Below are positions 58,229 through 64,000 of a DNA stretch of 64,000 nucleotides, piece after piece (the first letter of the stretch is position 1; the number at the start of each line of letters is the position of its first letter). This stretch comes from an uncultured delta proteobacterium (GTDB lineage Bacteria; Myxococcota_A; Polyangia; Polyangiales; Houyiibacteriaceae). The notes beneath the pieces are model-generated. The model searched no databases. It was not told the origin of the DNA and saw only the letters and a list, made by a program, of their open reading frames with translations. The position numbers and the translations under genes are program-made. The stretch is from NCBI GenBank assembly GCA_963699755.1, contig CAVOVB010000003.1, positions 96,001 to 160,000 on the forward strand. The letters run 5' to 3'.

Positions 58229-58494
58229 TATCAGAAGCATGATGCTTAGGCTTTCGCGCCACAAGATGGCCTGGACCGGGCTTCCCAACCGAGGCTTCAG
58301 CGTTGGTCATCGAGCTGCCCTCTCTGGTTTGGCAGTGGCCGGCCGTTACGTCTTGCAAGATGACATCGGCGGCGACGTGCCCGCGTGCTCGAGCCGCATG
58401 CCAAGTGCGAGACACCTATTTGGCCAGTCCCCTTGAGCCTAGGCGTGTATCGATTGCGTTTCGACGAGCGCAAAGCGGTGCGCCGCCAGGCTGA

Positions 58495-59319
58495 TCAGTC
58501 ACACGGAATGTACTTGCGCGATCCGACGTACATGATTCCCCCATCGAAGCTCACATTGCTCGAGTACGCGTTGGCGCCGCTCGGATGGAACGTGATGCTG
58601 TTCCCTTGCACCCCGTATCTGCCCTCCTCGCGATCTTCGCTCATCACGGACTGACCCGCGGCGCTTACGGATGAAGCGCTGTAGTACGAATAGCTACCGT
58701 CCGGGTGGATGCGTAGCTTTGCTTCGGTAAACGATGAGCCATATCCCCCACTCGAGCTGAAGTATGTCCAACAACCGTGAATCCGCTGTGGCGACGCAGA
58801 GCCCACAGCGGGTTTGGAGAAGCTCAAAGACTTCTCGATTGCGCGCGCCACGGTTTGGATGCGTTTGAAGGCTTGCCCAACGCCGACCGTGCCCATCACC
58901 ACGCCGACGCCGTACTTTCCGATCACTGCTCGAAGCTGCCCCGGGTTTGATTGGGCACCGTTGGTGACTTCAACGTCGACCTGAACCACGTTTCCTTTGG
59001 CGGTAGGCTTGCCTGTGGGACGCATGCTGAGCCCCTCTCCCAGATCTTGCGTCTGTCGAAACTCCGCAAGCGCTTGCTTCGGCGTCAGCTTTTCTGCAGC
59101 CATCGAGATGAAGCCGTCAAAGCCCTCTGCTCCGACCAGGAAGTAGTCTCCGGAGAGCAACCCCATCCAACCCTTGGGAAGCCGAAAGGAGACGCCGTGG
59201 CTCGGAATCTCGAGGCTGACAGGACCTTGGTACTTGGTGCCTGGCGCCAGTTCCTCGGCCAATGCAATCGATGGAAGCCCAAGCATGAGCAGAACAAAAA
59301 GGGAAAGTCGGAGTTTCAT
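58495..59319 (-). CDS. Secreted protein of unknown function
   Basis: Signal peptide MKLRLSLFVLLMLGLPSIALA; GGAGG RBS. Confidence 0.7.
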   Translation of the reverse strand: MKLRLSLFVLLMLGLPSIALAEELAPGTKYQGPVSLEIPSHGVSFRLPKGWMGLLSGDYFLVGAEGFDGFISMAAEKLTPKQALAEFRQTQDLGEGLSMRPTGKPTAKGNVVQVDVEVTNGAQSNPGQLRAVIGKYGVGVVMGTVGVGQAFKRIQTVARAIEKSLSFSKPAVGSASPQRIHGCWTYFSSSGGYGSSFTEAKLRIHPDGSYSYYSASSVSAAGQSVMSEDREEGRYGVQGNSITFHPSGANAYSSNVSFDGGIMYVGSRKYIPCD

Positions 59320-59488
59320 TCCACACCTCCAGGCGGTCGAAACTACCACGTGATGGCAGTAGGCTGCGACTGCTGTCGCATACGTAATTCTTCACCCACC
59401 GTGAAGGGTCGCTCGAGAAGCCGAATGTCAAAAAGTGACGAGCTGAGATATAGTCCTTCCGCGCGAGACGGCGCGGGAGGGTTGTTCG

Positions 59489-60118
59489 ATGAGGGTTTCG
59501 ATGCTGCGCACTTGGGCTGCCTGCCTGCTCTGCTTCGCCTTGGCCATAGGAACGCCGACTGCGGCTGAGAAACGCGAGGAATCGGATTCCGAATCGTACG
59601 TGGCGCCGAAGGGCAAGGCCGTGGTGGTCCTCGTGCGCAACCGCGCCCTTCTGGGTACAGTGAAGTTCAGAATCATCGACCAGAAGCGTAGATGCTACGG
59701 CGTGCTCAAAGGCAGAAGTCACGTGGGGATGGTCATCAAGCCGGGCAAGCACAAGTTGTACATTCTCGCGGCCAAACGACTGATTCAGGCAGAACGAGTC
59801 GACGCGAACGTCGCTGCCGGGCGCTCCTACATCATCGAAACACGTCCTCGGGCCAAAATGAAAGAACGTGTGGACGTCGAAACCGTGCGGCGCGGGACGC
59901 CCCGCTTCGATGAGGCGACGCATTGGATTGCGGGAACGAAGAGCATTTCGCGCAATCTCAGCGAGTGTACGCAGTGGGTCGCCAAGAAGAGCAGCAAAGT
60001 CTCAGCCGCGATCACCGCCGCCGAGCAAGAGTGGGAGATGAGTGGCGATTTCTACCAAAACGCGCGCACGCTCACACCCAAAGATGGTCGGACGAAAAGC
60101 GAGATCTTGGATCTCTGA
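59489..60118 (+). CDS. Secreted protein, possibly DUF2846-like
   Basis: Signal peptide; KAVVVLVR..PGKHKL..GRSYII. Confidence 0.6.
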   Translation: MRVSMLRTWAACLLCFALAIGTPTAAEKREESDSESYVAPKGKAVVVLVRNRALLGTVKFRIIDQKRRCYGVLKGRSHVGMVIKPGKHKLYILAAKRLIQAERVDANVAAGRSYIIETRPRAKMKERVDVETVRRGTPRFDEATHWIAGTKSISRNLSECTQWVAKKSSKVSAAITAAEQEWEMSGDFYQNARTLTPKDGRTKSEILDL

Positions 60119-60177
60119 AGGACATCGTCGTGTTCCGACCGGATCTGGCCGTCGGCGTCCCCGGATTGGCGGGTGCG

Positions 60178-61236
60178 TCAGACGTCGGTTCGTTCGGTCC
60201 CTGGAAGCTCCAGGATGAGATCCTTGCCGTACGCGGTAGACGGGGTTTGGAACCCTGGTTTGTGCTCGCCGTTGCAGATCTTCTGCGCGATGGCCAAGGA
60301 CATCCGAGCCGTGAGAGTGTAACCCTCTGGTGTGCGCAATCGAGAGACTGCGGTGCGGCCGTCCGCTGTTCGCACCTCGCCCCAGAGCTCGTTGACGGCG
60401 TTCTCACGCGCGGCGTCGTCTGGCCCGGCCGGCCCGGCTTCGATTCGCTTCTTGATCAGGTTCTGCACCGGGCGGGTGCCCAGCAAGGGAAGAAGGGGCC
60501 GGGCAAGCCGCAGAACACGGGCTAGCCCTTGCGGGAACCCCATGTAGACGATGATGTTGGGGATGCCGGTGCTCCTGTAGGCCGTGACGACGTCGCCCCA
60601 GGGGATCGACATGCAGTGTGCCGGCCTGCCGTCGCCGAAATCGACGATGCGGGTTTTCCACGCCGCCGGAACCTGCTCCAACTTGCCGTCGCGACGGATC
60701 GTCCCGCCGCGGTGAACGTTCTGAGCCATCGTCTTGGCAGTGCCATGCGAGACCCCGCCGCCACGTCCGCGAAACGCGAGCTCGAGGTGCGTGGCATCCG
60801 GGCAACGCGACTTCAGATGCGCAGCCAGACAATCGGAGGGCACGACGTCGAACCCCGTCCCCGGGAGCAACATGATGGATGCACGCTTGGCCGCTTCGTC
60901 CATCGCCCAGAGGCCTTCATATACCTCGGCCTCGCCGGTAATGTCGGTGTAGTGCGTGCCGGTGTCGATGCAGGCGCGGGCCATCGGTTCATAAGTCTGC
61001 GCAAATGGACCCGCACAATGGATCACCACGTCCACGTCGCGAAGGGCGTCTCGGATCGATTGTCCGTCGGAAAGATCGGCGGGCACCCAAGCGAACCCGT
61101 AGCGCTCCGCTTGGTCTGCAAGCCGCTCGGGGTTCCGTCCGGAGAGAACCACATCGACGCCGTCTTCCTTTGCGAAGCGCGCGATCAAATTGCCGGTGTA
61201 TCCATACGAACCGTAAACCAGAATCTTGCCAGGCAT
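60178..61236 (-). CDS. Saccharopine dehydrogenase family NAD(P)-binding oxidoreductase
   Basis: VYGSYGYTG, HCAGPF, HYTDITGE and GFDVVPSD. Confidence 0.92.
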   Translation of the reverse strand: MPGKILVYGSYGYTGNLIARFAKEDGVDVVLSGRNPERLADQAERYGFAWVPADLSDGQSIRDALRDVDVVIHCAGPFAQTYEPMARACIDTGTHYTDITGEAEVYEGLWAMDEAAKRASIMLLPGTGFDVVPSDCLAAHLKSRCPDATHLELAFRGRGGGVSHGTAKTMAQNVHRGGTIRRDGKLEQVPAAWKTRIVDFGDGRPAHCMSIPWGDVVTAYRSTGIPNIIVYMGFPQGLARVLRLARPLLPLLGTRPVQNLIKKRIEAGPAGPDDAARENAVNELWGEVRTADGRTAVSRLRTPEGYTLTARMSLAIAQKICNGEHKPGFQTPSTAYGKDLILELPGTERTDV

Positions 61237-61281
61237 CTTGTGTGGGTTCCTTCTAGCACCGGCAGCCGCTAACGGGCAGGG

Positions 61282-63615
61282 CTACTTGGGGCGGCTGACC
61301 CAGAGCACGGCGCCCCGGGCCCCAGCGAGGGTCACGGTCAGGACATCGCCATTCAACTCCGCCGCCATCGACTGACCTGTCTCGGGATCCAAGAGGAACG
61401 CTCCGGTGAATGCACCCCTGATTCGAAGCATGTCGCTGCGCCGCTCGTAGCTTTCGTTGAAAAGGAAGTAGACGTCGCCGTTGCTGACTTGGCGGCGCTC
61501 GACCGATAACTGGAGACCGTCCGGGTCGACTGGGCTGAGGGACGGTGTCACGCCCGCGTTTGCGATTGCCACTGGGACGTCGGACACGGATGGAGCCATG
61601 ATCACCAGTGAACGCAGGCTTTCCACTAGCGCTTCGACCTCGGCGTCTCTCGCTTGGGCGTCGACGAGGCCGTCCGAGCGTTCAGGGAGCTCTCCGATCC
61701 AGACGACAGGGACTCCGGCGTCCGCTGCGCGTTCGATGCCGGCGAGCAGCTCGGGAGCGGCGGCGTGAGCGCCGTCGACCAGGAGCGTTCGATAGGAGCC
61801 TTGTCCGACTCGCAGGACACCCTCGGCGCTCGTCGACGAGGCGAGCGCCGACCGGCTTACCCTGTCGTAGGAGAACCCGGCACGTCGCAGGGCCGTGCTC
61901 GCATCTGACTCCAAGGCGCCAGGCGTCACGCCGAAGCTCACCAAGTTCGCCGCTTTCCAGTCCGAGTAGAGCCACGCAACTTCGGCCCCCGCCGATCCCC
62001 GGCTCAGCGCGTAGCTCAACCTGGCCGCCATGCGATTCAAGGTTGGAAGTGACGTCCAGATGGGCGCTTCAGGGTGGATGTCGAAGCTCAGGTCGATTGG
62101 CCCCGTTGCGAAGGCGCTGTCCTCGAGCGGATGGAACGGGAACCAACGCTGCCCGTCCTGGTGCGCGTAAGGGTATGCGTTCCCGTGATGGACCAGTCGA
62201 TTGATGCCTGCGCTGAACGCTCGGCCGATGACGATGCGCGCTTCGTCTTCGGTCAATTGCCGTGCGCCGAGCGACACCAGAGTTTCGCTGCTGGTGTAGC
62301 GCCTGCCTTCGAGATGGGCGGCGGACGCTGCCAGTCGGAGGAAGTCGTACGAGCCTCCGCCGTAGAGTCCTTCCGATTCGGGCACATCGGCCATCGCGTA
62401 CGCTTCCAAGACATCACCGTATCCGCCGTGCGCCTGCAAGCGGAGCTCGATGTCCCGATCTCGGAGCCAGGTGCGCAAAGGCTCGATCAGCTCCTCCGCG
62501 AACAGTCTGCTTCGGAAGGTCTCGTAGTCCTCCCGCGCACGGAGGCCCCGTTCGTCATCGGCGCGGTAGCGAGCCACGCTCTGGCCGCTGAGGATGTTCG
62601 CGTATTCGGATTCGCCGCCTTCGAAGAATAGGAAGGGGAGGAGGGGCGCGATCTCGTACCCAAGCGAGCTCTCGAACTGCGATGCGAAGTTGCTCGTCCA
62701 AGGCAGCTCGCCCACGAGCTCGAAGCTGTCGACGAAAACGGCGCGAGGCGGGCAGTCAGCCACTGCGTCAATCCAGGCAGCAAACTCCGAGTCGAGGAAC
62801 GCTTCGACACCCCGGCGATCCAAGTGGTCGATCACGCGCGCGTCCTCGAGCTCGCCTGGGTAGGCGCCACCCGCGGGGAAGTGCAAGGTCCTGTTTTCGT
62901 AAATGGCAAAGACCCGATGAGCTCCAGCGGGGACGTCCCAGCTCAGCGTGCCATCCTCCACTTGGGACCAAAGGTCGACGATGTCCCCCAGCGTCGCCGG
63001 CAAGCCTGGCGGCTCGTCGATGAGCGCGGCGCCAAGGACAGCCACCAAGACGAGCTCTTCGTCAAAACCATCGATCGCCGGGAGCACGTTGTTGGTGATT
63101 CCGATCCAAGCCGGCGGCTGCGCAACGGGCAAGGGGCCGCCATAGCTCGACGGGCCGTCGATCGTGAGCTCTGCGGCGATCAGTTGCCGCTCGCCATCGT
63201 CGCCCATACCCACGCCACCGGTGGACCATCCACTTCCAAGCGTGATGTCCCAGTGAAGGCCAAGCTCCTGCGCCGCGCAGGCGGCGGTCCGGAGTCGCTC
63301 GAGAAAAGTCGCGTCGCCGACCCCTCGAATGCGAGCGTCTTCCCGCAGGTCGGCATTCGTGATGGCGGACATGAAAGGCTGAATCTCGATGGCGCTATAC
63401 CCAAGCTCCGCGAACTGGGTCAGCTGGTCCACGAGCGTGGCGTCCTCTACCGAGGCGCCCGGCCACCACCAGCGAGTCTCAGGGCCAAACTCGACGGGCG
63501 GATTGGCGAAGAGCGCTGGGGAGAAAGCGTCGTCGTCGATGCCGCCCGGGCTTGTAGACCCTTTGCAACTCAGAGACGCCAGCAGGAGGCCCGCGATGAT
63601 CAAAGGTCGAAGCAC
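61282..63615 (-). CDS. Glycoside hydrolase family 106 (alpha-L-rhamnosidase-like) lipoprotein
   Basis: SLS-C-KGS; RWWWPG, LGSGW..GG, FVDSFE, DVPESE, ASAAH and GINRLVHHG. Confidence 0.8.
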   Translation of the reverse strand: MLRPLIIAGLLLASLSCKGSTSPGGIDDDAFSPALFANPPVEFGPETRWWWPGASVEDATLVDQLTQFAELGYSAIEIQPFMSAITNADLREDARIRGVGDATFLERLRTAACAAQELGLHWDITLGSGWSTGGVGMGDDGERQLIAAELTIDGPSSYGGPLPVAQPPAWIGITNNVLPAIDGFDEELVLVAVLGAALIDEPPGLPATLGDIVDLWSQVEDGTLSWDVPAGAHRVFAIYENRTLHFPAGGAYPGELEDARVIDHLDRRGVEAFLDSEFAAWIDAVADCPPRAVFVDSFELVGELPWTSNFASQFESSLGYEIAPLLPFLFFEGGESEYANILSGQSVARYRADDERGLRAREDYETFRSRLFAEELIEPLRTWLRDRDIELRLQAHGGYGDVLEAYAMADVPESEGLYGGGSYDFLRLAASAAHLEGRRYTSSETLVSLGARQLTEDEARIVIGRAFSAGINRLVHHGNAYPYAHQDGQRWFPFHPLEDSAFATGPIDLSFDIHPEAPIWTSLPTLNRMAARLSYALSRGSAGAEVAWLYSDWKAANLVSFGVTPGALESDASTALRRAGFSYDRVSRSALASSTSAEGVLRVGQGSYRTLLVDGAHAAAPELLAGIERAADAGVPVVWIGELPERSDGLVDAQARDAEVEALVESLRSLVIMAPSVSDVPVAIANAGVTPSLSPVDPDGLQLSVERRQVSNGDVYFLFNESYERRSDMLRIRGAFTGAFLLDPETGQSMAAELNGDVLTVTLAGARGAVLWVSRPK

Positions 63616-63751
63616 GCTGCCTTTCTAGCAGGTATCGAGCCGGAATGGGTGTCACGAGCCTTCCGGAAGCGCGCTGCGCTCCCTCGTCGGTAAAGAATTG
63701 CGTATGGACATCGATCTGGGGTCGTGGTCTGGTTCGATTCGAGGAGGAGTC

Positions 63752-64000
63752 ATGGGAAGTCATCGCGTCGTGGTCATCGGAACTGGCGCCGGCGGCCTGA
63801 CCGCCAGCGCGTTTCTTGCCAAGCAGGGGTTCGAGGTCATCGCAGTCGAACGCTCGCCCCATGTCGGCGGCCTGCTCAACTCGTTTTCCCTTCAGGGCTA
63901 CGTCTTTGATCCAGGCGTTCACTACCTCGGTCAGTGTGGTCCGGGTCAAGCGATGGATCGCCTGCTCGAAGCGCTCGGCCTCAGCGCCGCCGAGCTGATG
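63752..64000 (+). CDS. Phytoene desaturase family FAD-dependent oxidoreductase (runs off the window)
   Basis: MGSHRVVVIGTGAGGLTAS..ER..VGG..GYVFDPGVHY; GAGGAG RBS; absent from the ORF track because it has no stop in the window. Confidence 0.85.
   Translation, partial: MGSHRVVVIGTGAGGLTASAFLAKQGFEVIAVERSPHVGGLLNSFSLQGYVFDPGVHYLGQCGPGQAMDRLLEALGLSAAELM

Noticed and set aside
1..64000. Numerous long antisense or shifted ORFs (e.g. 5236-6486, 21018-22373, 30566-31930, 33713-34930)
   Set aside because: They are shadow frames of well-supported genes, typical of high-GC DNA, with no motifs
1..64000. tRNA, rRNA, prophage, reverse transcriptase/DGR
   Set aside because: None seen; the phage-tail-like genes are explained by the T6SS

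Overview
High-GC bacterial DNA. The gene content (TIGR02270, PEGA-domain Ser/Thr kinase, many Cys/Gly-rich lipoproteins) points to Myxococcota, which is an inference. The centre of the window (about 18.5-54.9 kb) is a complete type VI secretion system (T6SS) with all 13 core genes, tagF, an FHA gene and a sigma-54 activator. It also has a vgrG-linked adaptor cassette (DUF6484, TIGR02270, DUF2169, thiolase-like) ending in a PAAR-like DUF4150 toxin and a SUKH immunity gene. The flanks carry GST, a Tat-exported molybdoenzyme, a saccharopine-dehydrogenase-family enzyme, a GH106-like lipoprotein and a partial FAD oxidoreductase. Main unexplained signals: (1) Eight lipoproteins with unrelated cargo domains, in and around the T6SS, all start their mature chain with C-[AS]-[DENS]-V, usually followed by a Gly-rich tether. 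The four other lipoproteins in the window lack this motif. It is a candidate new sorting or docking tag, possibly serving the neighbouring PEGA outer-membrane protein and kinase. (2) A palindrome TGACGAC-N4-GTCGTCA lies 51, 51 and 41 bp upstream of three sigma-54 promoters, linking hcp-vgrG, the PEGA/kinase operon and a peptidase operon into one candidate regulon. (3) Broken HUH (RAYT-like) transposase fragments and REP-like repeats bracket two of the tagged lipoprotein genes. (4) Several T6SS parts are atypical: TssA with two ImpA_N domains, an orphan internally deleted TssC, an ECF-sigma-like/pseudokinase fusion, and a deaminase-like toxin lacking the catalytic Glu. All family calls come from motif recognition by eye; no database searches were run.
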